Notes under the pieces: generated by a model
Database searches by the model: none
The model's input: only the letters and a program-made list of their open reading frames with translations
What the model was told of the DNA's origin: nothing
In this document: piece by piece, positions 1-19,518 of the stretch
Layout: every line of letters begins with the position of its first letter
Position numbering within the stretch: the first letter of the stretch is position 1
Source: the human T2T-CHM13v2.0 reference genome, Homo sapiens
NCBI RefSeq assembly: GCF_009914755.1
Contig: NC_060948.1
Reading direction: 5' to 3' (one strand)
DNA: 64,000 nucleotides
Made by a program: the position numbers and the translations under genes

Positions 1-178
1 CAGGTAGCTGGGACTACACCACACTGGGACTACACCAGCTGCCACCATGCCTAGCTAATTTTTTGGATTTTTAGTAGTGACAGCGTTTCACTGTATTGGC
101 CAGGATGGTCTTGATCTCTTCACCTTGTGATCCCCTTGCCTTGGCCTCCAAATTTGCTGGGATTACAGGCCTGAGCCA
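1..178 (-). mobile_element. Alu SINE fragment, unit 1 (cut by window edge)
   Basis: Reverse complement reads TGGCTCAGGCCTGTAATCCCAGC...CTACTAAAAATCCAAAAAATTAGCT, i.e. Alu left arm and A-rich linker. Confidence 0.95.
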
Positions 179-747
179 AGATCCATATTTTTTAAATGAA
201 AAAAAATTTCAAAGGTACTCTGCTTGGTACAATAATCAAATGTATAAACTGAGGAATAAAACATAACCATGAAACCTACTTATAACTGCATATGGAAAAT
301 ACAGAGGATAATTTTTTAAATAACATATTTTGAAAGCCTTAACTAGTAATTTGAAGAGTTGGCATTTGAAAGGCCAGTATGAATATACCTTCAAAGCAGC
401 AACACAGGTTCCCCATGAGAAAAAGCAAACACAGGGAAAATAAAAACACAAAGGTTCAATCTCTTCTGACCTTTGAAAGACACAGCACAGACAGTGGTCC
501 TTAGGACGAAGAGCAGGAGACCCCTAATTCCGTCACCATGGCGATAGGGCATAAACATTGCTGGGTGAGGGCACAATCCACATTTTGAGGTCCAACTGCT
601 GCCAGGAAGACAGGAGTGCTTTTACATAGACCGAAAGGTCATTGAAGGCTCAGAGTTTTGTTTCAAGAACTGAATCCCAAGCCCACACGTTATTAGGCTG
701 CGCTTCTTAAAACAAGTTATGAGATGGGAAAAAGGGCACCCACAAAC
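179..747. repeat. HSATI-type segment of the DYZ2 unit (representative copy; recurs at unit start +178..+746 in all 27 units)
   Basis: ~570-bp non-Alu, higher-complexity block between the Alu 5' end and the AT-rich tract. The HSATI name comes from the known DYZ2 architecture, not from an alignment; boundaries are approximate. Confidence 0.75.
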
Positions 748-2597
<1,850 letters not shown>

Positions 2598-4701
2598 AGA
2601 TCCATATTTTTTAAATGAAAAAAAATTTCAAAGGTACTCTGCTTGGTACAATAATCAAATGTATAAACTGAGGAATAAAACATAACCATGAAACCTACTT
2701 ATAACTGCATATGGAAAATACAGAGGATAATTTTTTAAATAACATATTTTGAAAGCCTTAACTAGTAATTTGAAGAGTTGGCATTTGAAAGGCCAGTATG
2801 AATATACCTTCAAAGCAGCAACACAGGTTCCCCATGAGAAAAAGCAAACACAGGGAAAATAAAAACACAAAGGTTCAATCTCTTCTGACCTTTGAAAGAC
2901 ACAGCACAGACAGTGGTCCTTAGGACGAAGAGCAGGAGACCCCTAATTCCGTCACCATGGCGATAGGGCATAAACATTGCTGGGTGAGGGCACAATCCAC
3001 ATTGTGAGGTCCAACTGCTGCCAGGAAGACAGGAGTGCTTTTACATAGACCGAAAGGTCATTGAAGGCTCAGAGTTTTGTTTCAAGAACTGAATCCCAAG
3101 CCCACACGTTATTAGGCTGCGCTTCTTAAAACAAGTTATGAGATGGGAAAAAGGGCACCCACAAACATACGTATACATTATGTATATAATAATATACAGT
3201 ATCATATATATAATATATATAACCTATGTATAATATTGTTTTACATCCTGCATCTTATGTTATATATATTGTATAAAATATAATAATTGATAATATATAA
3301 GTTTTATATTTATACAATATGACATATAATATATATTATAATTTATGACATATATAATATATGTTATATATCATATATAGAATATATTATACGGTTAATA
3401 TACGTATTAAATATAAATTATACATTATGTATATTATATATAATATATCTGTTATATATAATAACCATTATGCATAATATATATATTATGTCTATGTTAT
3501 ATATAGTATAAAACAACATATAATAATATATAATTGTCTATGTAAAATGCGACATATAATATATATTATATTTTATAACATATGTAATATATATTATACA
3601 TTATATATAATACGTTGTATGAATAATACCTATATTAAATATATATTATATGACTATGTTATTAATTACATGTCACATGTGTTATATATTATATATTTTA
3701 CATAGAATATACTGGTTACATACAATATATACTATGTTACCTATAATGTATAATTGATTACATGTAAAATAAAGAATGCAATATATTATGTAAAATTTAT
3801 AATATACCATATGTGGAATGTCATATATATAACATATAATATATGATATATGATATACAGTATATGATATATAACATACAATATATGATTCCTAATATAT
3901 ATGGTATACAATATATATTTTATGATATGTATTCTATATGTTTTATATTCTGTTATATATAACTATTTGAAATTATATATAACTGTATAATATTTTATGT
4001 AAATATGTAATATAATATATATAATATATAATATATTATATATAACTATATATTATGTTATATATACTTTTATAACATAATTTACATAAAATATCATAAT
4101 ATAATATATATTATATTATTTCATATTACATAATATATATTACATATCACCCAATATAACTAACATACATAATATTATAATATAGATTATATTATGTTAT
4201 ATTAAATATCATATATATCATGTATCATATATTCTATAATATATATTACACATTATATAATATGTATGTTGTCTATTATGTGATATATATAACTATATAT
4301 ATAATTATATTTTTATACATATAACTAGATAAACATGTAATTCTACATATTTTCATTTATAATATGTAGAATTATATAATCATATATAATTATTTATATT
4401 CTATAAAAAATTTTATCATTATATAAATTATAATATATAAAAATTATAATATGTACTACAAATATATATATTATATATCATATATGATATAGTACCTTTG
4501 TTATATATCATAATACATATAAATGTGTATTATGTTATCTATAATTATATAATTTCATATATAAGATGTATAATATGTATCATATATTACATATGTTATG
4601 TAATATATATAGTATATATAAGATGACACAGGATAAATATTATATACTATGACATATAAAATATATGAGGTTATATGTTACATATAAGGCATAGCACATA
4701 A

Positions 4702-5016
<315 letters not shown>

Positions 5017-7121
5017 AGATCCATATTTTTTAAATGAAAAAAAATTTCAAAGGTACTCTGCTTGGTACAATAATCAAATGTATAAACTGAGGAATAAAAC
5101 ATAACCATGAAACCTACTTATAACTGCATATGGAAAATACAGAGGATAATTTTTTAAATAACATATTTTGAAAGCCTTAACTAGTAATTTGAAGAGTTGG
5201 CATTTGAAAGGCCAGTATGAATATACCTTCAAAGCAGCAACACAGGTTCCCCATGAGAAAAAGCAAACACAGGGAAAATAAAAACACAAAGGTTCAATCT
5301 CTTCTGACCTTTGAAAGACACAGCACAGACAGTGGTCCTTAGGACGAAGAGCAGGAGACCCCTAATTCCGTCACCATGGCGATAGGGCATAAACATTGCT
5401 GGGTGAGGGCACAATCCACATTGTGAGGTCCAACTGCTGCCAGGAAGACAGGAGTGCTTTTACATAGACCGAAAGGTCATTGAAGGCTCAGAGTTTTGTT
5501 TCAAGAACTGAATCCCAAGCCCACACGTTATTAGGCTGCGCTTCTTAAAACAAGTTATGAGATGGGAAAAAGGGCACCCACAAACATACGTATACATTAT
5601 GTATATAATAATATACAGTATCATATATATAATATATATAACCTATGTATAATATTGTTTTACATCCTGCATCTTATGTTATATATATTGTATAAAATAT
5701 AATAATTGATAATATATAAGTTTTATAATTATACAATATGACATATAGTATATATTATAATTTATGACATATATAATATATGTCATATATCATATATAGA
5801 ATATATTATACGGTTAATATACGTATTAAATATAAATTATACATTATATATATTATATATAATATATCTGTTATATATAATACCCATTATGCATAATATA
5901 TATATTATGTCTATGTTATATATAGTATAAAACAACATATAATAATGTATAATTGTATATATAAAATGCGACATATAATATATATTATATTTTATAACAT
6001 ATGTAATATATATTATATATTATATATAATACGTTGTATGTATAATACCTATATTAAATATATATTATATGACTATGTTATTAATTACATGTCACATGTG
6101 TTATATATTATATATTTTACATAGAATATACCGGTTACATACAATATATACTATGTTACCTATAATGTATAATTTATTACATGTAAAATAAAGAATGCAA
6201 TATATTATGTTTAATTTATAATATACCATATGTGGAATGTGATATATATAACATATAATATATGATATATGATATACAGTATTTGATATATAACATACAA
6301 TATATGATTCCTAATATATATGGTATACAATATATATTTTATGATATGTATTCTATATGTTTTATATTCTGTTATATATAACTATTTGAAATTATATATA
6401 ACTGTATAATATTTTATGTAAATATGTAATATAATATATATAACTATATAATATATTATGTATAACTATATATTATGTTATATATACTTTTATAACATAA
6501 TTTACATAAAATATCATAATATAATATATATTATATTATTTCATATTAGATAATATATATTACATATCACCCAATATAACTAACATACATAATATTATAA
6601 TATAGATTATATTATGTTATATTAAATATCATATATATCATGTATCATATATTCTATAATATATATTACACATTATATAATATGTATGTTGTCTCTCATG
6701 TGATATATATAACTCTATATATAATTATATTTTTATACATATAACTAGATAAACATGTAATTCTACATATTTTCATTTATAATATGTAGAATTATATAAT
6801 CATATATAATTATTTATATTCTATAAAAAATTTTATCATTATATAAATTATAATATATAAAAATTATAATATGTACTACAAATATATATATTATATATCA
6901 TATATGATATAGTACCTTTGTTATATATCATAATACATATAAATGTGTATTATGCTATCTATAATTATATAATTTCATATATAAGATGTATAATATGTAT
7001 CATATATTATATATGTTATGTAACATATACAGTATATATAAGATGACACAGGATAAATATTATATACTATGACATATAAAATATATGAGGTTATATGTTA
7101 CATATAAGGCATAGCACATAA

Positions 7122-7436
<315 letters not shown>

Positions 7437-9541
7437 AGATCCATATTTTTTAAATGAAAAAAAATTTCAAAGGTACTCTGCTTGGTACAATAATCAAATG
7501 TATAAACTGAGGAATAAAACATAACCATGAAACCTACTTATAACTGCATATGGAAAATACAGAGGATAATTTTTTAAATAACATATTTTGAAAGCCTTAA
7601 CTAGTAATTTGAAGAGTTGGCATTTGAAAGGCCAGTATGAATATACCTTCAAAGCAGCAACACAGGTTCCCCATGAGAAAAAGCAAACACAGGGAAAATA
7701 AAAACACAAAGGTTCAATCTCTTCTGACCTTTGAAAGACACAGCACAGACAGTGGTCCTTAGGACGAAGAGCAGGAGACCCCTAATTCCGTCACCATGGC
7801 GATAGGGCATAAACATTGCTGGGTGAGGGCACAATCCACATTGTGAGGTCCAACTGCTGCCAGGAAGACAGGAGTGCTTTTACATAGACCGAAAGGTCAT
7901 TGAAGGCTCAGAGTTTTGTTTCAAGAACTGAATCCCAAGCCCACACGTTATTAGGCTGTGCTTCTTAAAACAAGTTATGAGATGGGAAAAAGGGCACCCA
8001 CAAACATACGTATACATTATGTATATAAAAATATACAGTATCATATATATAATATATATAACCTATGTATAATATTGTTTTACATCCTGCATCTTATGTT
8101 ATATATATTGTATAAAATATAATAATTGATAATATATAAGTTTTATAATTATACAATATGACATATAGTATATATTATAATTTATGACATATATAATATA
8201 TGTTATATGTCATATATAGAATATATTATACGGTTAATATACGTATTAAATATAAATTATACATTATATATATTATATATAATATATCTGTTATATATAA
8301 TACCCATTATGCATAATATATATATTATGTCTATGTTATATATAGTATAAAACAACATATAATAATATATAATTGTATATATAAAATGCGACATATAATA
8401 TATATTATATTTTATAACATATGTAATATATATTATATATTATATATAATACGTTGTATGTATAATACCTATATTAAATATATATTATATGACTATGTTA
8501 TTAATTACATGTCACATGTGTTTTATATTATATATTTTACATAGAATATACCGGTTACATACAATATATACTATGTTACCTATAATGTATAATTTATTAC
8601 ATGTAAAATAAAGAATGCAATATATTATGTATAATTTATAATATACAATATGTGGAATGTGATATATATAACATATAATATATGATATATGATATACAGT
8701 ATATGATATATAACATACAATATATGATTCCTAATATATATGGTATACAATATATATTTTATGATATGTATTCTATATGTTTTATATTCTGTTATATATA
8801 ACTATTTGAAATTATATATAACTGTATAATATTTTATGTAAATATGTAATATAATATATATAACTATATAATATATTATATATAACTATATATTATGTTA
8901 TATATACTTTTATAACATAATTTACATAAAATATCATAATATAATATATATTATATTATTTCATATTACATAATATATATTACATATCACCCAATATAAC
9001 TAACATACATAATATTATAATATAGATTATATTGTGTTATATTAAATATCATATATATCATGTATCATATATTCTATAATATATATTACACATTATATAA
9101 TATGTATGTTGTCTATTATGTGATACATATAACTCTATATATAATTATATTTTTATACATATAACTAGATAAACATGTAATTCTACATATTTTCATTTAT
9201 AATATGTAGAATTATATAATCATATATAATTATTTATATTCTATAAAAAATTTTATCATTATATAAATTATAATATATAAAAATTATAATATGTACTACA
9301 AATATATATATTATATATCATATATGATATAGTACCTTTGTTATATATCATAATACATATAAATGTGTATTATGTTATCTATAATTATATAATTTCATAT
9401 ATAAGATGTATAATATGTATCATATATTATATATGTTATGTAATATATATAGTATATATAAGATGACACAGGATAAATATTATATACTATGACATATAAA
9501 AAATATGAGGTTATATGTTACATATAAGGCATAGCACATAA

Positions 9542-9856
<315 letters not shown>

Positions 9857-11982
9857 AGATCCATATTTTTTAAATGAAAAAAAATTTCAAAGGTACTCTG
9901 CTTGGTACAATAATCAAATGTATAAACTGAGGAATAAAACATAACCATGAAACCTACTTATAACTGCATATGGAAAATACAGAGGATAATTTTTTAAATA
10001 ACATATTTTGAAAGCCTTAACTAGTAATTTGAAGAGTTGGCATTTGAAAGGCCAGTATGAATATACCTTCAAAGCAGCAACACAGGTTCCCCATGAGAAA
10101 AAGCAAACACAGGGAAAATAAAAACACAAAGGTTCAATCTCTTCTGACCTTTGAAAGACACAGCACAGACAGTGGTCCTTAGGACGAAGAGCAGGAGACC
10201 CCTAATTCCGTCACCATGGCGATAGGGCATAAACATTGCTGGGTGAGGGCACAATCCACATTGTGAGGTCCAACTGCTGCCAGGAAGACAGGAGTGCTTT
10301 TACATAGACCGAAAGGTCATTGAAGGCTCAGAGTTTTGTTTCAAGAACTGAATCCCAAGCCCACACGTTATTAGGCTGCGCTTCTTAAAACAAGTTATGA
10401 GATGGGAAAAAGGGCACCCACAAACATACGTATACATTATGTATATAATAATATACAGTATCATATATATAATATATATAAACTATGTATAATATTGTTT
10501 TACATCCTGCATCTTATGTTATATATATTGTATAAAATATAATAATTGATAATATATAAGTTTTATAATTATACAATATGACATATAGTATATATTATAA
10601 TTTATGACATATATAATATATGTTATATGTCATATATAGAATATATTATAGGGTTAATATACGTATTAAATATAAATTATACATTATATATATTATATAT
10701 AATATATCTGTTATATATAATACCCATTATGCATAATATATATATTATGTCTATGTTATATATAGTATAAAACAACATATAATAATATATAATTGTATAT
10801 ATAAAATGCCACATATAATATATATTATATTTTATAACATATGTAATATATATTATATATTATATATAATACGTTGTATGTATAATACCTATATTAAATA
10901 TATATTATATGACTATGTTATTAATTACATGTCACATGTGTTATATATTATATATTTTACATAGAATATACCGGTTACATACAATATATACTATGTTACC
11001 TATAATGTATAATTTATTACATGTAAAATAAAGAATGCAATATATTATGTATAATTTATAATATACAATATGTGGAATGTGATATATATAACATATAATA
11101 TATGATATATGATATACAGTATATGATATATAACATACAATATATGATTCCTAATATATATGGTATACAATATATATTTTATGATATGTATTCTATATGT
11201 TTTATATTCTGTTATATATAACTATTTGAAATTATATATAACTGTATAATATTTTATGTAAATATGTAATATAATATATATAACTATATAATATATTATA
11301 TATAACAATATATTATGTTATATATACTTTTATAACATAATTTACATAAAATATCATAATATAATATATATTATATTATTTCATATTATATAATATATAT
11401 TACATATCACCCAATATAACTAACATACATAATATTATAATATAGATTATATTGTGTTATATTAAATATCATATATATCATGTAGCATATATTCTATAAT
11501 ATATATTACACATTATATAATATGTATGTTGTCTATTATGTGATATATATAACTATATATAATTATATTTTTATACATATAACTAGATAAACATGTAATT
11601 CTACATATTTTCATTTATAATATGTAGAATTATATAATCATATATAATTATTTATATTCTATAAAAAATTTTATCATTATATAAATTATAATATATAAAA
11701 ATTATAATATGTACTACAAATATATATATTATATATCATATATGATATAGTACCTTTGTTATATATCATAATACATATAAATGTGTATTATGCTATCTAT
11801 AATTATATAATTTCATATATAAGTTGTATAACATGTATCATATATTATATATGTTATGTAATATATACAGTATATATAAGATGACACAGGATAAACATTA
11901 TATACTATGACATATAAAATATATGAGGTTATATGTTACATATAAGGCATAGCACATAACATGTAATATATATCATATATAA

Positions 11983-12274
11983 TTTTTTTTTAGACAGAAT
12001 CTTGTCCTGTTGCACAGGGTGGGGTACAATGGCGCCATCTTTGCTCACTGCAACTTCTGCCTCATGGGTCCAAGCGATTGTCCTCCCTCAGCCTCCCAGG
12101 TAGCTGGGACTACACCACACTGGGACTACACCAGCTGCCACCATGCCTAGCTAATTTTTTGGATTTTTAGTAGTGACAGCCTTTCACTGCATTGGCCAGG
12201 ATGGTCTTGATCTCTTCACCTTGTGATCCCCTTGCCTTGGGCTCCAAATTTGCTGGGATTACAGGCCTGAGCCA
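11983..12274 (-). mobile_element. Alu fragment of DYZ2 unit
   Basis: Near-identical copy of 2306-2597. Confidence 0.95.
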
Positions 12275-14395
12275 AGATCCATATTTTTTAAATGAAAAAA
12301 AATTTCAAAGGTACTCTGCTTGGTACAATAATCAAATGTATAAACTGAGGAATAAAACATAACCATGAAACCTACTTATAACTGCATATGGAAAATACAG
12401 AGGATAATTTTTTAAATAACATATTTTGAAAGCCTTAACTAGTAATTTGAAGAGTTGGCATTTGAAAGGCCAGTATGAATATACCTTCAAAGCAGCAACA
12501 CAGGTTCCCCATGAGAAAAAGCAAACACAGGGAAAATAAAAACACAAAGGTTCAATCTCTTCTGACCTTTGAAAGACACAGCACAGACAGTGGTCCTTAG
12601 GACGAAGAGCAGGAGACCCCTAATTCCGTCACCATGGCGATAGGGCATAAACATTGCTGGGTGAGGGCACAATCCACATTGTGAGGTCCAACTGCTGTCA
12701 GGAAGACAGGAGTGCTTTTACATAGACCGAAAGGTCATTGAAGGCTCAGAGTTTTGTTTCAAGAACTGAATCCCAAGCCCACACGTTATTACGCTGCGCT
12801 TCTTAAAACAAGTTATGAGATGGGAAAAAGGGCACCCACAAACATACGTATACATTATGTATATAATAATATACAGTATCATATATATAATATATATAAC
12901 CTATGTATAATATTGTTTTACATCCTGCATCTTATGTTATATATATTGTATAAAATATAATAATTGATAATATATAAGTTTTATAATTATACAATATGAC
13001 ATATAGTATATATTATAATTTATGACATATATAATATATGTTATATATCATATATAGAATATATTATACGGTTAATATACGTATTAAATATAAATTATAC
13101 ATTATATATATTATATATAATATATCTGTTATATATAATACACATTATGCATAATATATATATTATGTCTATGTTATATATAGTATAAAACAACATATAA
13201 TAATATATAATTGTATATATAAAATGCGACATATAATATATATTATATTTTATAACATATGTAATATATATTATATATAATACGTTGTATGTATAATACC
13301 TATATTAAATATATATTATATGACTATGTTATTAATTACATGTCACATGTGTTATATATTATATATTTTACATAGAATATACCGGTTACATACAATATAT
13401 ACTATGTTACCTATAATGTATAATTTATTACATGTAAAATAAAGAATGCAATATATTATGTATAATTTATAATATACAATATGTGGAATGTGATATATAT
13501 AACATATAATATATGATATATGATATACAGTATATGATATATAACATACAATATATGATTCCTAATATATATGGTATACAATATATATTTTATGATATGT
13601 ATTCTATATGTTTTATATTCTGTTATATATAACTATTTGAAATTATATATAACTGTATAATATTTTATGAAAATATGTAATATAATATATATAACTATAT
13701 AATATATTATATATAACTATATATTATGTTATATATACTTTTATAACATAATTTACATAAAATATCATAATATAATATATATTATATTATTTCATATTAC
13801 ATAATATATATTACATATCACCCAATATAACTAACATACATAATATTATAATATAGATTATATTGTGTTATATTAAATATCATATATATCATGTATCATA
13901 TATTCTATAATATATATTACACATTATATAATATGTATGTTGTTTATTATGTGATATATATAACTCTATATATAATTATATTTTTATACATATAACTAGA
14001 TAAACATGTAATTCTACATATTTTCATTTATAATATGTAGAATTATATAATCATATATAATTATTTATATTCTATAAAAAATTTTATCATTATATAAATT
14101 ATAATATATAAAAATTATAATATGTACTACAAATATATATATTATATATCATATATGATATAGTACCTTTGTTATATATCATAATACATATAAATGTGTA
14201 TTATGTTATCTATAATTATATAATTTCATATATAAGATGTATAATATGTATCATATATTATATATGTTATGTAACATATATAGTATATATAAGATGACAC
14301 AGGATAAATATTATATACTATGACATATAAAATATATGAGGTTATATGTTACATATAAGGCATAGCACATAACATGTAATATATATCATATATAA

Positions 14396-14687
14396 TTTTT
14401 TTTTAGACAGAATCTTGTCCTGTTGCACAGGGTGGTGTACAATGGCGCCATCTTTGCTCACTGCAACTTCTGCCTCACGGGTCCAAGCGATTGTCCTCCC
14501 TCAGCCTCCCAGGTAGCTGGGACTACACCACACTGGGACTACACCAGCTGCCACCATGCCTAGCTAATTTTTTGGATTTTTAGTAGTGACAGCCTTTCAC
14601 TGTATTGGCCAGGATGATCTTGATCTCTTCACCTTGTGATCCCCTTGCCTTGGCCTCCAAATTTGCTGGGATTACAGGCCTGAGCCA
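14396..14687 (-). mobile_element. Alu fragment of DYZ2 unit
   Basis: Near-identical copy of 2306-2597. Confidence 0.95.
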
Positions 14688-16785
14688 AGATCCATATTTT
14701 TTAAATGAAAAAAAATTTCAAAGGTACTCTGCTTGGTACAATAATCAAATGTATAAACTGAGGAATAAAACATAACCATGAAACCTACTTATAACTGCAT
14801 ATGGAAAATACAGAGGATAATTTTTTAAATAACATATTTTGAAAGCCTTAACTAGTAATTTGAAGAGTTGGCATTTGAAAGGCCAGTATGAATATACCTT
14901 CAAAGCAGCAACACAGGTTCCCCATGAGAAAAAGCAAACACAGGGAAAATAAAAACACAAAGGTTCAATCTCTTCTGACCTTTGAAAGACACAGCACAGA
15001 CAGTGGTCCTTAGGACGAAGAGCAGGAGACCCCTAATTCCGTCACCATGGCGATAGGGCATAAACATTGCTGAGTGAGGGCACAATCCACATTGTGAGGT
15101 CCAACTGCTGCCAGGAAGACAGGAGTGCTTTTACATAGACCGAAAGGTCATTGAAGGCTCAGAGTTTTGTTTCAAGAACTGAATCCCAAGCCCACACGTT
15201 ATTAGGCTGCGCTTCTTAAAACAAGTTATGAGATGGGAAAAAGGGCACCCACAAACATACGTATACATTATGTATATAATAATATACAGTATCATATATA
15301 TAATATATATAACCTATGTATAATATTGTTTTACATCCTGCATCTTATGTTATATATATTGTATAAAATATAATAATTGATAATATATAAGTTTTATAAT
15401 TATACAATATGACATATAGTATATATTATAATTTATGACATATATAATATATGTTATATGTCATATATAGAATATATTATAGGGTTAATATACGTATTAA
15501 ATATAAATTATACATTATATATATTATATATAATATATCTGTTATATATAATACCCATTATGCATAATATATATATTATGTCTATGTTATATATAGTATA
15601 AAACAACATATAATAATATATAATTGTATATATAAAATGCGTCATATAATATATATTATATTTTATAACATATGTAATATATATTATATATAATACGTTG
15701 TATGTATAATACCTATATTAAATATATATTATATGACTATGTTATTAATTACATGTCACATGTGTTATATATTATATATTTTACATAGAATATACCGGTT
15801 ACATACAATATATACTATGTTACCTATAATGTATAATTTATTACATGTAAAATAAAGAATGCAATATATTATGTATAATTTATAATATACAATATGTGGA
15901 ATGTGATATATATAACATATAATATATGATATATGATATACAGTATATGATATATAACATACAATATATGATTCCTAATATATATGGTATACAATATATA
16001 TTTTATGATATGTATTCTATATGTTTTATATTCTGTTATATATAACTATTTGAAATTATATATAACTGTATAATATTTTATGAAAATATGTAATATAATA
16101 TATATAACTATATAATATATTATATCTAACTATATATTATGTTATATATACTTTTATAACATAATTTACATAAAATATCATAATATAATATATATTATAT
16201 TATTTCATATTACATAATATATATTACATATCACCCAATATAACTAACATACATAATATTATAATATAGATTATATTGTGTTATATTAAATATCATATAT
16301 ATCATGTATCATATATTCTATAATATATATTACACATTATATAATATGTATGTTGTCTATTATGTGATATATATAACTCTATATATAATTATATTTTTAT
16401 ACATATAACTAGATAAACATGTAATTCTACATATTTTCATTTATACTATGTAGAATTATATAATCATATATAATTATTTATATTCTATAAAAAATTTTAT
16501 CATTATATAAACTATAATATATAAAAATTATAATATGTACTACAAATATATATATTATATATCATATATGATATAGTACCTTTGTTATATATCATAATAC
16601 ATATAAATGTGTATTATGTTATCTATAATTATATAATTTCATATATAAGATGTATAATATGTATCATATATTATATATGTTATGTAATATATATAGTATA
16701 TATAAGATGACACAGGATAAATATTATATACTATGACATATAAAATATATGAGGTTATATGTTACATATAAGGCATAGCACATAA

Positions 16786-17100
<315 letters not shown>

Positions 17101-19203
17101 AGATCCATATTTTTTAAATGAAAAAAAATTTCAAAGGTACTCTGCTTGGTACAATAATCAAATGTATAAACTGAGGAATAAAACATAACCATGAAACCTA
17201 CTTATAACTGCATATGGAAAATACAGAGGATAATTTTTTAAATAACATATTTTGAAAGCCTTAACTAGTAATTTGAAGAGTTGGCATTTGAAAGGCCAGT
17301 ATGAATATACCTTCAAAGCAGCAACACAGGTTCCCCATGAGAAAAAGCAAACACAGGGGAAATAAAAACACAAAGGTTCAATCTCTTCTGACCTTTGAAA
17401 GACACAGCACAGACAGTGGTCCTTAGGACGAAGAGCAGGAGACCCCTAATTCCGTCACCATGGCGATAGGGCATAAACATTGCTGGGTGAGGGCACAATC
17501 CACATTGTGAGGTCCAACTGCTGCCAGGAAGACAGGAGTGCTTTTACATAGACCGAAAGGTCATTGAAGGCTCAGAGTTTTGTTTCAAGAACTGAATCCC
17601 AAGCCCACACGTTATTAGGCTGCGCTTCTTAAAACAAGTTATGAGATGGGAAAAAGGGCACCCACAAACATACGTATACATTATGTATATAATAATATAC
17701 AGTATCATATATATAATATATATAACCTATGTATAATATTGTTTTACATCCTGCATCTTATGTTATATATATTGTATAAAATATAATAATTGATAATATA
17801 TAAGTTTTATAATTATACAATATGACATATAGTATATATTATAATTTATGACATATATAATATATGTTATATGTCATATATAGAATATATTATAGGGTTA
17901 ATATACGTATTAAATATAAATTATACATTATATATATTATATATAATATATCTGTTATATATAATACCCATTATGCATAATATATATATTATGTCTATGT
18001 TATATATAGTATAAAACAACATATAATAATATATAATTGTATATATAAAATGCCACATATAATATATATTATATTTTATAACATATGTAATATATATTAT
18101 ATATTATATATAATACGTTGTATGTATAATACCTATATTAAATATATATTATATGACTATGTTATTAATTACATGTCACATGTGTTATATATTATATATT
18201 TTACATAGAATATACCGGTTACATACAATATATACTATGTTACCTATAATGTATAATTTATTACATGTAAAATAAAGAATGCAATATATTATGTATAATT
18301 TATAATATACAATATGTGGAATGTGATATATATAACATATAATATATGATATATGATATACAGTATATGATATATAACATACAATATATGATTCCTAATA
18401 TATATGGTATACAATATATATTTTATGATATGTATTCTATATGTTTTATATTCTGTTATATATAACTATTTGAAATTATATATAACTGTATAATATTTTA
18501 TGTAAATATGTAATATAATATATATAACTATATAATATATTATATATAACAATATATTATGTTATATATACTTTTATAACATAATTTACATAAAATATCA
18601 TAATATAATATATATTATATTATTTCATATTACATAATATATATTACATATCACCCAATATAACTAACATACATAATATTATAATATAGATTATATTGTG
18701 TTATATTAAATATCATATATATCATGTATCATATATTCTATAATATATATTACACATTATATAATATGTATGTTGTCTATTATGTGATATATATAACTAT
18801 ATATAATTATATTTTTATACATATAACTAGATAAACATGTAATTCTACATAATTTCATTTATAATATGTAGAATTATATAATCATATATAATTATTTATA
18901 TTCTATAAAAAATTTTATCATTATATAAATTATAATATATAAAAATTATAATATGTACTACAAATATATATATTATATATCATATATGATATAGTACCTT
19001 TGTTATATATCATAATACATATAAATGTGTATTATGCTATCTATAATTATATAATTTCATATATAAGTTGTATAATATGTATCATATATTATATATGTTA
19101 TGTAATATATACAGTATATATAAGATGACACAGGATAAACATTATATACTATGACATATAAAATATATGAGGTTATATGTTACATATAAGGCATAGCACA
19201 TAA

Positions 19204-19518
<315 letters not shown>

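Noticed and set aside
249-285. Hammerhead-ribozyme-like core CTGAGGA...GAAAC, of interest because some animal satellites carry hammerheads
   Set aside because: Stem II would be only 2 bp and no consistent stems I and III form around a cleavage triplet. An Infernal search with Rfam hammerhead models would settle it, but I expect no hit.
255-445. AATAAA polyadenylation signals and many TATA-like words
   Set aside because: They are expected at high frequency in AT-rich DNA, and no transcript or promoter context is visible.
236-576. Overlapping 71-aa and 61-aa minus-strand ORFs repeated in nearly every unit
   Set aside because: They are short, have low-complexity F/L/C-rich composition and no recognisable domain. 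Their apparent conservation is just DNA repeat identity, and the 71-aa frame is broken by a stop in units 21 and 23.
629-640. GACC-GAAA-GGTC GNRA tetraloop hairpin, and an imperfect hairpin at 362-397
   Set aside because: The stems are short or bulged, there is no larger RNA fold or covariation, and such hairpins are expected by chance.
12754-12960. 68-aa plus-strand ORF (also at 19998-20204)
   Set aside because: It arises from a single TAG>TAC change and runs into the AT tract (Y/I/N-rich); it is useful only as a duplication marker.
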